This document shows, piece by piece, positions 1 to 12,587 of a DNA stretch of 64,000 nt. The stretch is from Bispira polyomma (Eukaryota). The DNA lies in NCBI GenBank assembly GCA_965649765.1, contig OZ287750.1:100006001-100070000 (forward strand). The letters run 5' to 3'. The position numbers and the translations under genes were made by a program. The first letter of the stretch is position 1, and each line of letters begins with the position of its first letter. The notes under the pieces are model-generated. The model did no database searches and was not told where the DNA came from. It was given only the letters and a program-made list of their open reading frames with translations.

Positions 1-1389
1 TATACTGAACAGTATTGCCTGAATTATTGAAAAATGAAATAGTTTAGTGGATTTTGCAAAGTAAAAGGAAATAAACATGAAACTAATGTGAAATAATTTT
101 ACTAGAAATTGAATCGAAATTAGAATCAGTAATTGCATGATAATTTGAATAAAATTGATTTTGAATAAAAAGAAGAAGTATTTTATTGTATGCCATTGGT
201 AACAGAGGAGGGTAACTGGAAGAGAAGTTTATAAAATAATAGAAACAATTGTGGATAGGAAAATACATTGGTTAGAGAAAAGTTGTTTTGATATTGAATA
301 TATTGTATTGACATAAACTGTATTCTTGAATGTTGCATGTTGCTTGTAAAAATAAATAACTTACCACCCAGCATTACCTTTGCATAAGTTTACCCATACT
401 TGTACATACTTAAGTAAATTGCTTCGTGGGTAAATTTGCTGTGATGAGGTGGAAATGGTTTTATAAATATACTGTATTGAATGTTATCAGTAAGTGTGGA
501 AAGTCCCAAATCTGAAAGTGGTCTGCATGGAATGGAAGGAGATTATGGGACCAGTTAATTGAGATTAGAGGTATTGGTCTGGAGAGAGCTACAATTATAA
601 TGAATGCAAATGGAGGTGAGTTAACAGAAACAAAATTCTTTCGTTTGCCAAATATTTCTTTTGGATGTCAAGGACTCAATAGTGACCCAAGGTTTGTTAA
701 CATTTAAACATCCATTAGCAATTGGTAGAAAAGAGGGTGACATTGCTGAGGTTATTTCTTTAATGAGAGAAGCTGTGAACATGATGCTTGGTAATGTTAA
801 GGAATCCAGACACTGTATTGAGGCAATATCTAGGAATGCAAGTGAAATGAACAGAAATGCTGAGACCATTTGGACAAATTTGACCGAATGGGGGAATAAG
901 GATCAGTATTTCATGCATGCAGTAATTCTTTGGTGATTAATCAACAGATGTTGGGTAAGAGGAATTTACAGGAACTTAAACATCAGAGTACAGGAAAGAT
1001 TCAAGTGTTGACAGGAGAGATTAGAACAAAAATTTGGGTGTATCTGGATACTTATAGACAGGAATTGCAGAATGATTTATTAAAGATATCTGAGGACTAC
1101 AGTGAGGTTTTGACAAGTGACAGAATGCCAGGTGATGTAGCAGTGTTTTTGCACTACCATGACTGTACCTCCTCTTGAAGTAACTGGAATGTCAGAAAGT
1201 ACGACACAAAAAATGACAGTATCACCTATGGCACCAGATAGTTTACAAATAGGTGAGTCTACGTCTCATAGTGCTCTAGTGACAAGTGTATTTGCCACAA
1301 CTGCAAGTGTTGCACAGCCATCTGCAACACCGGTACAACTGACCGTGTCGGTGTCCAGTAGTGTAACAGTTACCTCTGTAACAGTTGTT

Positions 1390-1730
1390 CCTTCTTATGA
1401 CACTATTAGAGCAGAATTGCTCCAAATACACGGACAGAAGAAAGTGATCAGTTTTGGAAGTTGCATTTTAACTCCTGAGCAAAAGAAATACTATACTACT
1501 CATAAGGAACTTTTGGCTATAGTGAAATTTACCAGTCAGTACATTTTTGGTTGGGTCAAAAAATTGTAGTTCTGACTGACCATAGCAGTTGGGCATGGTT
1601 GATACGATTTAAATACATATAGGGTCAATTAGCCAGATGGCTTGAGGAGCTTGCACAATTTGATATGACCATCATTCATTGGGCAGGTGTAAAACATGCT
1701 AATGCAGATGGACTATCTCGCATCCCGGAT
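1390..1730 (+). pseudogene. Gypsy RNase H domain (frameshifted)
   Basis: DTIRAELLQ..KKVISFGS..YYTTHKELLAIV, then LTDHSS..GQLARWLEELAQFD..HANADGLSRIP. Confidence 0.9.
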
Positions 1731-2056
1731 AGAACAAAGACATATAATTGCCATGTAGCAGGGGTGGAACTGTCACAATTGTCTTGTGGTGCTGGTTCGT
1801 ATTGTGTGAGAGCACAGAAACATTGGGGACGGTTTAATGATGATGTGGACAACGTAGTACCATTAGCTATGACAACTGACCCCTTGACTATAAGTAGATT
1901 AGAGAAAGAACCCTGGTTTCTACGATTGACCAAAGATGAGATTAGATTTGCTCAAGAAAAGAACAATGACCTTCAACCAGTCTTTGACAAGAACCCATGA
2001 GACTATCACATACAAATCAGCAGTGCAGCAACTAAGTCTTATTAGAGAATCATACT

Positions 2057-3210
2057 TTGCTCACTGTCCTAGATGGAATTTTGTATTATAAATGGGTGCC
2101 AGATGATCCATTTGATAATGTGAGATATGTGTTAATAGTACCACAGACCTTAAAAGGACAAGTTCTTGAGTTATCACATGATATTCCAAGTTCAGGACAT
2201 TTGAGAATGACATTGGACAAACTAAAACAAAATTTTGTTTGGTACAAAATGAAGGATGACTGTCAGAATTTCATCAAACCTTGTAGACAATGTACCATGA
2301 ATAAAAAACTGTCCAAAAAACCTAAGGCTTCCTTGGAATTGTTTCATGTGGGAACACCGATGGAGCGTGTTCATGTTGACATGTTGGGTCCGTTCATCCC
2401 AAGTGATCAAGGTAATGTTTACATTCTGATGATAGTAGATCCGTTTACAAAGTGGCTTGAACGCTTTCCAGTTCCGGATCAAACTGTTCAAACTGTTTCT
2501 AAGACAAATGTAGACGATTTTATTGCTAGATTTGGTGGCCCATTGCAGGTCCATACTGATCAGGGACGTAACTTTGAGGGAAAGCTGTTCCAACAAGTTT
2601 GTAAACTACTTAAGATCACCAAGACTAGAACTACTCCATATAGAACTAGTTCTAATGGACATGTTGAGAGATATAATGAAACTCTTTTGCAAATAATGAG
2701 GTGTTACATTGAAGATAATCAAAAGATGTGGGACCAGGACTTACAGTTACTTGTGGGTGTCATTAGGGCTACCTAGAATAGGCATACAGGTTATTCAGCT
2801 AACATGATGATGCTAGGTAGGGAGCCTACACAACCGGTAGACCTTATGTTAAAGGAGACTGACCAGAACCTTAGACAGCAATATCCAGCTGAATATGTGC
2901 AACAGTTACAGCAAAAGTTACAAAGTGTGCATACTTTTGCTAGAGACAATCTAAAAACCAGACTATTACGACAAAAGAGAGACTATGACACCAAGCTGTT
3001 ACAGACAGTGTTCAGTGTGGGTGATTTAGTGTATCAAATAAACTCCTGCTTCAAAATAGGTCAAAGTTCAAAACTTTAAAATGTGTGGAAAAGTCTGTAT
3101 TTAGTGACTGAGGGGCGTTTGCCTATTTTATATCAAATAGCAGGAAGAAAATCTGAATCAGTCGTGCATCATGATAGACTCAAAAAGTGTGAGGATAGGT
3201 CAATACCCTT
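2057..3210 (+). pseudogene. Gypsy integrase (HHCC, DD35E, C-terminal region), interrupted by stops
   Basis: HDIPSSGH..CRQC; HVDMLGP; HTDQG-35aa-VERYN; VVHHDRLK; stops at about 2774 and 3077. Confidence 0.93.
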
Positions 3211-4559
3211 GTCAAATAGGAGAATGAGACATCAGTTGTTAGAAACCGAGGTTGAGGAATTGATTGAGAGGTTACAGTTAGACACTTTGTTCGGGGATGA
3301 TACTGAGGAAATTACTAAATTTCCTGAAAATAATGAACCTTTATTCGGTACACCTGAGTTAGAACTTGATGAAGTTGCCGTTCAATTAGATTCTCAGGAA
3401 GATGACAATTACATACTCACACATCACAGAAGACACTCAGATGACTAGATTTAGACGAGTTAGCGTACGTCCAAGACATTTGTAGGATTATGTCACATAG
3501 AATAAGCATTGTGCATGAGTAGTCAATTAGGTTGAATTGTTTGCATAATTAATTCAATTTTTGGTTAAATTATGAGTCATGTATGTAAGCATTACAAATT
3601 TAGTGCTAATCAGCCTGGTTTGGGTAATGGTTTCTTAAGAAATACCAAAATTTATTTTACTTGAAATATTCAAATGGTTATAATTTTTTGCAGTTCACAG
3701 GAATTGTCGTTTGACAACACAGTTAGCAAAATGTCAGTGTGCTTTATGCTTATGAGGAGGAAGAGATCTTTGCGATGCTAAAAACCAAATTTTGGTTCTT
3801 TGAACCTATTTTGATTCTGACAGCCATTCAGAATCCTGTAAGCAGGATTCTGCCTGTAACACAGAGTACCGTTTTGATGCGGTGTTTGGATTATCTGTCA
3901 AGGATAAGTTATGGGAGTGTCCCATGAGTTTCTACTGCTTCTGTTGTACTGCAGCCAAAGGCTGCGTGTGCACCTGTTGCTGCTCCAGTGTCTTTTTTGC
4001 CAACCATTTGCATGGCAATACCTTCTGGGGTGATGACCCAAGTCATGGCGGTACCGACTAGGCCCAGTGAGGTCTATATGCCTTGACTGGAGCTAGGCAT
4101 ACCATAGTTGATTCACCTTTTGGGGTGAAGCAACCTGATTGTGGTTATGTACCTTCCTAATTTGCAGCTGCCAGTGCTGCTGTGGGGTCACCTTTTGAGG
4201 TGAGAAATCCATCTGCTTTTGAGTACACTCTATAGTTGCACCTACTACAACTCTTTCGCCATGGTGGCTTCCTATTTGATGACCTTTGTGTCCACTGTTG
4301 TCGTTCAGACCAGTTGTGTACAGAGTGGCACGTCAACTCCTAGGATCTCCACAGGAAGTTCAGGTGAAGATGTTGGTTGAGTCAAACAAAAACAACAATG
4401 TTTGAAGGTGACCTTAGACAATATGAGTACTCCTGATGATAGTGTAGCTTTCAAGCATGAGGATGATTGGACGATCCAAGGGAGCAGGCTGCATCTGTGA
4501 TTCACCAGAGTGAGTGTGAGGTTGATGATCGTAGATATGTGTGTTATTTGGATTAGATG

Positions 4560-5280
4560 GGACAATACAAGTCAGGATATAGAGGTGAGGATCAGTTTTT
4601 GCAGGTTGATTTTGAGAGTCAACCACCAGAGAAGAGGGCAAGGGTAGTGTTTCCACAGAGACAGATTGCAGTGATGCATACTTCAGCCAGAAACCCCCAG
4701 AAAAGAATGTATCATGAAGGGATGTACATTAGTCACCAAGAAAATGCACATACACATAGAGAATGCTCATTTGCCTGCATTGTTTTGCTAAGGAATGTCT
4801 GGGTAAGAAGTAGATTTACAACTATTTGTTAAAGTTGGCCGTACATTTTAATGAAGAGGGAATACAGCGTTTCTGAAATATTGTCGAGATCTGAGTGTGT
4901 ACCGTCGCAGGTATCTACATTGTTAATCACACCTCGGTATAGGAAGTTATCGCACAATTTTATGGACTTTTTGTACAAGGAACAACCCAGATGTAGGATT
5001 ATTATTTCACGACCAAATTGTGCGGGAAGGCTGATTCATTGGCGCATGGTGATTGCTATAATGAACGCTGTGGGGACTATGCAATTGGCTGGTGATCTTT
5101 GTGCATCAACGCTTGCTTAGTCTCCTCATGGGGAGATGATAGACAGTCATGGCCATTTATCAAACTGGCTCGATTGATATTCACTTTGCCAGAATAGCTT
5201 CAGGGATTTTGAACAGGTAATTAAGTTGATGAAACCAACCCGTTTGAAGTGTGGGGGTGTATTTTCGACCAGTAACACAG
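4560..5280 (+). pseudogene. Gypsy 3' accessory ORF remnant: C2H2-like zinc finger plus TatD-like N-terminal motif
   Basis: CIMKGCTLVTKKMHIHIENAHLP at 4708-4776; LIHWRMV; MIDSHGHL at 5136-5159 in frame after one TAG. Confidence 0.5.
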
Positions 5281-5289
5281 TTCAGATAC

Positions 5290-5941
5290 CAGGTTCGAGT
5301 CAACAAAAATATTTAAGGGACAGGATAGTTCCTTTTATGGAGACCTTGAAAGCCATCCCCGACGTACAGGTTATGTTGAATCAACAACTTGCCCAGTACT
5401 AGGCCCGTGTGCAGTGCACACTTACCCAAGGTAAGCATCAGAAATCCGGGCTTTCAATAATATGGCCATCACTGTTACGGCACCGAGATTTAGATGGGCC
5501 AAGGTAGGCGATTCTTCTTGGAAACACCCCATATACAATGGCTTAACCTTGCCACAATGGGCAGCAGGTAAGTTAGCCAATGCCCTTCAAGTTACAGACC
5601 CCACAGTCTCTCGCAATATGATGCAACAAGTTGTACTCTCCCTTGGGATGCGATTTCACTACCCTGAGTCGCTCAGCTTGCACAAGGTTAAGACGGGACG
5701 ACTCAAATGGAACGATACTACTCAATGGGCCCTGAACCGGCTAAGCGCATCACAGATGGTGACGGCCAATTCATCTACTACAAATTCTTCAAGCGTGTTC
5801 TCTTTCAACTCATCATCGGGCAGAACCATCTGCAAACTTTTCAACTCAATGCTCCCATCGAACCAACCACAGGCAATAAAAACACAATTGTTGTCATTGT
5901 GTGACAGTATTGAAGGAGGATGCCACACATCCAAAATTTAA
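5290..5941 (+). pseudogene. YR-retrotransposon (DIRS order) gag remnant
   Basis: TQGKHQKSG, YNGLTLPQWAAG, RLKWND and ICKLFN align with GKLKSQRG, YDDLTLVQFVSG, RLNWTD and CRFFQ of the intact gag at 16940-17935. Confidence 0.65.
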
Positions 5942-6657
5942 ATGTTTTGGGCAAATTCTACCAACCAAGCTGAGGAAAGAACTTCAAATAACAGTTTGGA
6001 TGCTAGCCGTCGACCAGATAAAGTGACAATGGAAGTGAGTGTTAAGGCTCGAACTGATAAGTTTATTGTGCTAAACAGCATGAGATAATTAAGAATCTTA
6101 AGAATAAGCAAAATTATAAGTAATTAACAGTGACATTCGAAAAGTGAAGATAAATACTAGTAATGATAATAAATTCGAATCACATTTAAAAGGAGTGACT
6201 GACTATGACAGTACTACTGAAATATTAAATATAGCTAGCCATTTTGGCAAGCAAGAAAAATTTGTTGCTTGTGATGACTGTTGTGAAAATGACAATTATT
6301 TAATCAAACGAAAACATAAGTTAGTAAGGGAGCGTTATGAAAATAAGCGATCTCCATGATTTAGTAGTTTCCCTTGGTCCTTGGTAAACGATATCATTTT
6401 GTTATTCAGGTTGTTACTAGTAATAGGTGACATTAATATCTAATTTCAACTGTAACGGCATGTGTTTAAGTTAAGAGTAGCTTGGGTTGACCAGTTATCT
6501 CGTATTACCAGTTATTGTGTATTAAAACATTTTGTTTACAGGCCAGAGCTATTGCTGTGACTGGATTTATTATGTACTTACCAAAATACTTACCCATATA
6601 CTTACCATTATACTTAACAGCTGTCCTTAACAGCTGTCCTTTTTAATAAGTGATCAA

Positions 6658-6800
6658 ATCAACACATGGTTAAAGTCCATGCGGACAATATATGGCAAGA
6701 TCAAGAAAATTACAAAGTCCGGCCATGCAACCAAGGCTGAAACTGCACGCCAGACATAGAGACTCTGATTATTCAAATTCCTGGAGGCCCATCTGGTGGC
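6658..6800 (+). pseudogene. MADF/Myb-SANT domain fragment, probably Harbinger ORF2 remnant
   Basis: Manual translation INTWLKSMRTIYGKIKKITKSGHA..TARQT*RL*LFKFLEAHL; similar to the MADF ORF at 55170-55430. Confidence 0.6.
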
Positions 6801-8127
6801 CCGTTTAGAGAGTCGTAGGCTGGGGATAGGGCCTTCCCTGCCAAGATGTGATGACCTGGAGGATGATGAGGAGCTCTCCAATCTTTCCTCAGCCCCTTTT
6901 GGGTTCAATGCGGAGTCAAGCCCCACCCACCCCACCCTTTCCGATTCCAACCAGACTGGTCAGCCCAGCACCAGCCAGCCCAGCCCTGCACTAGCCAGCC
7001 CTGCACTAGCCAGCCCAGCACCGCTCGGGTTCTCGACCAAGGCCAGGAAATGGTAGTCCCAGGAGGATAGACGATGCCATCATACAGCTGGCTGATGATT
7101 TCGCCACCTCCTAACACAACGATCTGCCGCAGTCGATGGTGACTGTGGCCAACAACCCGAGAGTGTCGTTGTGCAACTGGATTGGGCTGGAGTCAGAATC
7201 TCTCACCGGCCAGCAAAACACCAGCCATCAACCCAACAACCAGTCTTCTTGCAGCCCATGGTTCGGCCCTCCTCTGCTCTGCTTTGTCCAGCATCTTCTT
7301 TTACACCACCAAATACCTGGTCACCACCAACACCACAACAATAACAGCTGAACCTTTCACAGAGCAGTTATGGGACTCTTAACACTTTGGGCATATTAAC
7401 CATGCTGGACAGCATGTAGGTGCAATGGACACCTCAAGCTCAGCCCAATCACGAAAACTATTTGTGCACAAACAATATAGAAACAGCTAATGACACAACC
7501 TTTTTTAGAGATTTCTCCAAGGCCAATTGCGGTGTCATGCAGTGTAGTGTAGTGAAGTGTCGTGCCAGGACTAGTCTTATTAATTAATACATTTCTTCTT
7601 TTTTTATGTAGTGTCATGCCTTGCAGTCGTCGGTCAGTAAAGTCCTTTTCTTAATCAACATTAGACTCGTGATTAAGGTGAAACAAGTATGATGTGGCAT
7701 AGAAGATTAGGTATATAAAGTTTCTGGGAAATGTTTATCAGGGCTTCAATTCTTCAAAGAAACTCAAGATCGAACTCAACTCAAGTGAATACTATCTGGA
7801 AGTCTCTGTATATAGAAATGACCTATACTTGTGACCCTTCTTTTTAATAGAGCTTTCACTGCTAAATTGAAATATTTACTCAGATTTTATTCAACTACAC
7901 TTTACCCAGCGATAAGAAGTCTTTAGATTTGAAAGCACGAGTCTGAGTTGATCCCTGAGATCTTTCAAAAATAAGGTCCTCCTACAAATATTGTGTTCAG
8001 GATGGAATTGTAGTGAAGAAATAGAATTCCACATTTCTGTTAAATGGTAGGCAAATTTTATAAATGCTGAAAATCTTGCGTTGCTTTCATGTTATCTATA
8101 AATAAATTTGTCTAGGTTTTATCTTAA

Positions 8128-8443
8128 TTAACAGCACATGTCATCTTTTCCCAGATACTGATCGCATAAACCCAACACCGTCCCATTGACTATTGTATAG
8201 TCATATCCAAACAGCTTCATGTCTAATCCATACTTTGTCATTAGTTCCTGAATGGTCTTTTGTGGATCTGGTAATGAGCTAAAAAGAGAAAGTATGCTGC
8301 CTCGTGTGTTAGCAGTCTTAGAGCCTTTGGTAGGGTACTGTCCAGTTTCCTTATTGAATCGAATAGGCTGTCCCCATCCAGAAAGTTTTCTATTGATAAT
8401 GTAAGCCATATCTATGTAGGCTGTTTCTGTTTTCGCAATAAAG
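8128..8443 (-). CDS. Carbohydrate sulfotransferase exon 3
   Basis: Acceptor actgtag|C; splicing rebuilds the family motif PCAIPYNFIAKTET; C-terminal KYGLDMKLFGY; exons 157+529+316=1002 nt = 333 aa plus stop. Confidence 0.9.
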
Positions 8444-8923
8444 CTACAGTATGAATTAAATTAATAAATAATTAGTGTTAATTAGTTATGCATTAATCAA
8501 TTAAAATGGAAGGTTGAAGTATTTTAAAGATATAGTTTAATAGTGTAGTACATATGCAACACATCAACTCTCCCCAAATATAAATTAGAGAAATAAAAGT
8601 TTTGTTGCATATATTTACTTTAGCAATCATTCATGGGTATTGTCAATTTTGTAATTTTACTACATAAATGATATATATATATATATATTTGCTAAAACAG
8701 ACCATAATATAAAGTTGTTGCAGAACTACTTATCTCAGAAATAAATAATATCATTGACAGTACTGAAGTTGTGTTAAAAGCCTGGAATTAGTCTATACTG
8801 TAAAAAATCATTTCTGAATTGTGTAATATAATTAGGTTATCTACAGCTCTTGTTAAAAACCAATTGCAAAACATGGTTGTTGCAATGTATATAATAATAC
8901 TAAAATTGGTAAAAAAAACTTAC

Positions 8924-9452
8924 TTATATGGAATTGCACATGGTATGGATGCCACATGCATTGGTTCAAAGTGCACATTCATTTTCCCTTGTTCCTCAAT
9001 ACGGTCATTTAAAAATACCTGAAACATCTCCTCAATTCCTGTTTTGTTCTTTGAATGGCGAAAAACTTTATTCCTGAAGCCCGACTCTAAACGAGCCAAG
9101 GGGTGGCGCACAGTTACGATGGAATAATAATGAAGTAGTTTCCAAAGGGCATCATCATCATCCAAGCATTTCATTTGTTGGTTATGTTTATCATTCTTGC
9201 AGTCAAATATGGTTGGAGTTCTTATTAGTTTACTTGTATTGAGAGCATTTGCGACAAAAATGGCATACCATGAGGTGATCCCAGTTTTGGGAATTGGTTT
9301 TATTGTTAACTTATGCCGATCATCCACAAAATGCAGTGTCTTCATCAATTTATATGCAATTTGATCAATATTGCTAGGATTTAGTTCTTGTCGGTACTGT
9401 AGGCATTGAGTCTTGAGGCGCTTTAATCTTATTTGCTGGCATTTCAATAGAT
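8924..9452 (-). CDS. Carbohydrate sulfotransferase exon 2 (PAPS-binding motifs)
   Basis: Acceptor tctttcag|AT (phase 1); 5'-PSB IPKTGITSW; 3'-PB VRHPLARLESGFRNK; donor AA|GTAAGT at 8923 (phase 2). Confidence 0.92.
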
Positions 9453-9719
9453 CTGAAAGATAAAGTGTGAACTGATAATAACGGTTCCAGAACTATGCAA
9501 TAAAAGGATAGTGATTCTATTAAAACAGTAAATAACAACCTTCAATTGTACACATACACAATTTAAGGTTACCAGTTCTATTTTAAATTTGGTTATAACA
9601 TTATAACTCCTTAACCAGTAAACTGCATTTACACACTGTAATTTGACCTTAATTGCCAGTTGTCTAAAGTTTAAGTGATCCCCAATGAATCTTCTTGGTT
9701 ACAGCACTGTTTGATAAAG

Positions 9720-9721
<2 letters not shown>

Positions 9722-9795
<74 letters not shown>
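9722..9795. repeat. (TA)n microsatellite in sulfotransferase intron 1
   Basis: About 37 perfect TA units. Confidence 0.98.
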
Positions 9796-9799
<4 letters not shown>

Positions 9800-10469
9800 A
9801 AACATGGTTGTTGCAATGTTTATAATAATACTAAAATTGGTAAGTTGTCATATGTACTGTGTTTGCTTAATATATTGTAATAATAAAGGAGGGTGATCCT
9901 GTTGTACCCATGGTATTTTATGACTACATTAGAGGATACTGATACCCTCATGATACACCAATTTTTCTGTCCTCGACGATGCTTTGGGAAAATGAACAGG
10001 CTTTGATTTTTACTGATGGTATGCACAACGGGAAACAGAGCGATTACCATAAACAAAAGTTCACAAATCTGACACGGCAGTTTATTATGTTCTCTTCAAC
10101 GGGAAATATATGGAAATATTTTCAAATAATTATATTTAATTAAACAAGTACTTTCAGGTTTGCCATAAGTTTTCATATTGTGTACAGCTATTGAAATAAA
10201 CCACAAACTAAATATGAAAATGATTCTTTTTGCATGTTATATGCGCCTAGCCGAATTTGTGAAGTTTTGCTTAAGTTAACCACTCAGTCTGTGGTGGCCA
10301 CAAAAGCCATGAAACACAGACAGAAAACTCAGTCTACAGCACTCACAGGCTGCAGCGTTACATGTATACTTTTAATTTAAACTGTTTGCTGGCAGTGTTC
10401 CATCCCTAAAAGTGACATTACATCCTTGTTTCATCAATGATCAAAATCATTTTCCAATGGTGGACCTAC

Positions 10470-10626
10470 CATTGTATTGATCCATATCTCTGTTAGGTAT
10501 TTTTCTTGGTTTAGGATTTCCTTTGTCCACCAAATACTGACCAGATAATTTAATTTTTCCATACATGTATAGAGTAAGTCCTATGACAATAATAGAAAAT
10601 GGTATTGCTAGAATATAGCGTGTCAT
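10470..10626 (-). CDS. Carbohydrate sulfotransferase (Sulfotransfer_2/CHST8-14-like), exon 1: type II membrane anchor
   Basis: ATG 10626, MTRYILAIPFSIIVIGLTLYMYG hydrophobic segment; phase-1 donor G|GTAGGT at 10469. Confidence 0.75.
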
Positions 10627-11599
10627 TTTATTATATGAAATCCCACCTAGCTTGGATTTTAGATATGTACCTATAAAAACTTTACGCATGAAACCATTTG
10701 GCTTTTAAAGCCAAGTGATAGCTTACTGCAAAATGAATCAGTTTGTCTCAAGTAGATTGCTTCAAACCAATCCATGGAGCCCTTACAAATTGGCGGCGTC
10801 CTTTTTAATGGCGGCAGCTGATAAAAAGAGACTAAAGTAAAATAATTTTTATATTTTATTAATGGAAAAGTAAAATATTTCTTATATTTTATAAATGGAA
10901 AGCACATGTGATTCATCATTTTATACTGAGATGGCCTGTTTGTCAGATTTATTATTGATAATCCACACACTAAACTTGATAGGTATGTAAGTGATTTATC
11001 ATTTTGCAAATGTTGAACATTGATCAGAAAATATGTTCTTCACCAGCAGGTCCCTTGGTAATGTTACTCAGAAAATGTTTTTTTGGTATGAAGAGTTTTA
11101 TTATCTAAACAACTATATTTAATATCAAAAACGTATTTATTATAAATGGCATCTGTAGTTGTTGGTATTTTAAAATGAATATATTGCAAACAATTAAACA
11201 GTTGTTTATGGAATGGTGTGAGACACTTATCTGTTCAAAATATATTTTTTCTATATTTAGTAAGTGCCATGTACTGTTCATCAAGTATTATTTTTCACAT
11301 TTCCTCAGTAACAGTCCAAGGGATCCGAGGTTAGGAAGACTAGGTGAATAGACACAAAATGCGGGTAAATTTATTCATTAGACTAAATGTTAGCAGCTAC
11401 TATGTACATAAGGTCACCTTACAATTTTGTTTAACTTAAACACAAGGGTGACTTAAGGTCACCTAAAATTAAGAAGAGAAATTTAGGAGAATAAATAAAT
11501 TATGTAAGGTCACCTTACTTAATACTATAATGTTCATATTTATAGAAGCCGAACCATAAACCGGTTCAGGAGTAAGGTGACCTGAAGGCTAAAGGAGGG

Positions 11600-12587
11600 T
11601 TAAAAGGCTAAATTTTGCCTGAAAGAGTCAGCAACCTGTTGACCCGCATCTGTTGTGTCAGTGACGTACCTCCAAATGCAGTCCGACGTCCAGGTGCCAT
11701 GGTGTTGAATCTTTTGTATACTAACATTATGATTAAAGGCAAAAGTGCCACCTAAACAACGGAAAGCGTGGAAAGTAAATCCAGAATCTTGCAGTTTAAG
11801 TCTAAGCAAAACGTCCTTAAAATAACGGCACACTCTAGTATCAGTGAGAGATTGCCAGTTGTCATTAACTCTGATTTTAAAAAGGGGTGAGTTAGGTCCT
11901 GCAGGAATAACTTTCATAATGGCCTCCAGTGAGTCGACTGGGCATAAAATGGAGCCAGGAAGCCTAGTGATAGTTATTAGTTTAATTTGGTTATTGATCT
12001 GCATGGTTTTAGACCATTTTTTGAGAATAATAGTTTTATCCGCCTGAAAAATGACATCAGCTCTAGCTAGGTGCCTTAGGGGTGAAAAATGAGAGGCCAA
12101 ATGAGGGACTAGATTTGACAAATGAAGAAAGGAGAAGAAACTAAGAAGGTAAACTGCTTGAAAGCTTTAAATATCAGTCCCATATAGGTAGAATTACACA
12201 AGGAGACACTATTTTTTAAGGTTTCAATGTCAATGATTCTCTTAAGTTTAACATTGAGAGGTGCAGACAACTGAACAGCTTTTTGATAGAAGGCTATACA
12301 CGGATCACTGAAGGCTACTATGTTTATATTGTGTAATATGGATTCGGCCCTGATAGCAGACAAGTAATTGGCCATATAAACAGGCTTGACTGAATTAGAA
12401 TGTAAAACTTCTAAAAAACATAGCAAATCGAACGCAGTCACCTCATGTGCAGGCCAATCCATAAACACTGCGAAAGCCAAGTACATACTGTACATGGCTC
12501 TGTAGGACCTGGCAGTGGACCGGCACAAGGTCAGATGGAGTTTTTTGGTTGCATTAAGGTACAGTTGCTTTTGTAAGGGAGTAATAT
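11600..12587 (-). pseudogene. Tyrosine recombinase (frameshifted)
   Basis: KWSKT, HAFRC, HGTWTSDCIWRY; frameshift near 12120-12160; strong acceptor ttttgtatgtttcag at 12588. Confidence 0.92.

Larger units (their letters stand above)
490..5280 (+). mobile_element. Decayed Ty3/Gypsy LTR retrotransposon internal region (gag remnant, RNase H, integrase, 3' accessory ORF; protease and RT deleted)
   Basis: RNase H precedes integrase (Gypsy order); many stops and frameshifts; no LTR pair recognised; boundaries approximate. Confidence 0.85.

Noticed and set aside
9675-9896. ORFs with YIYIYI repeats
   Set aside because: Translation of a (TA)n microsatellite
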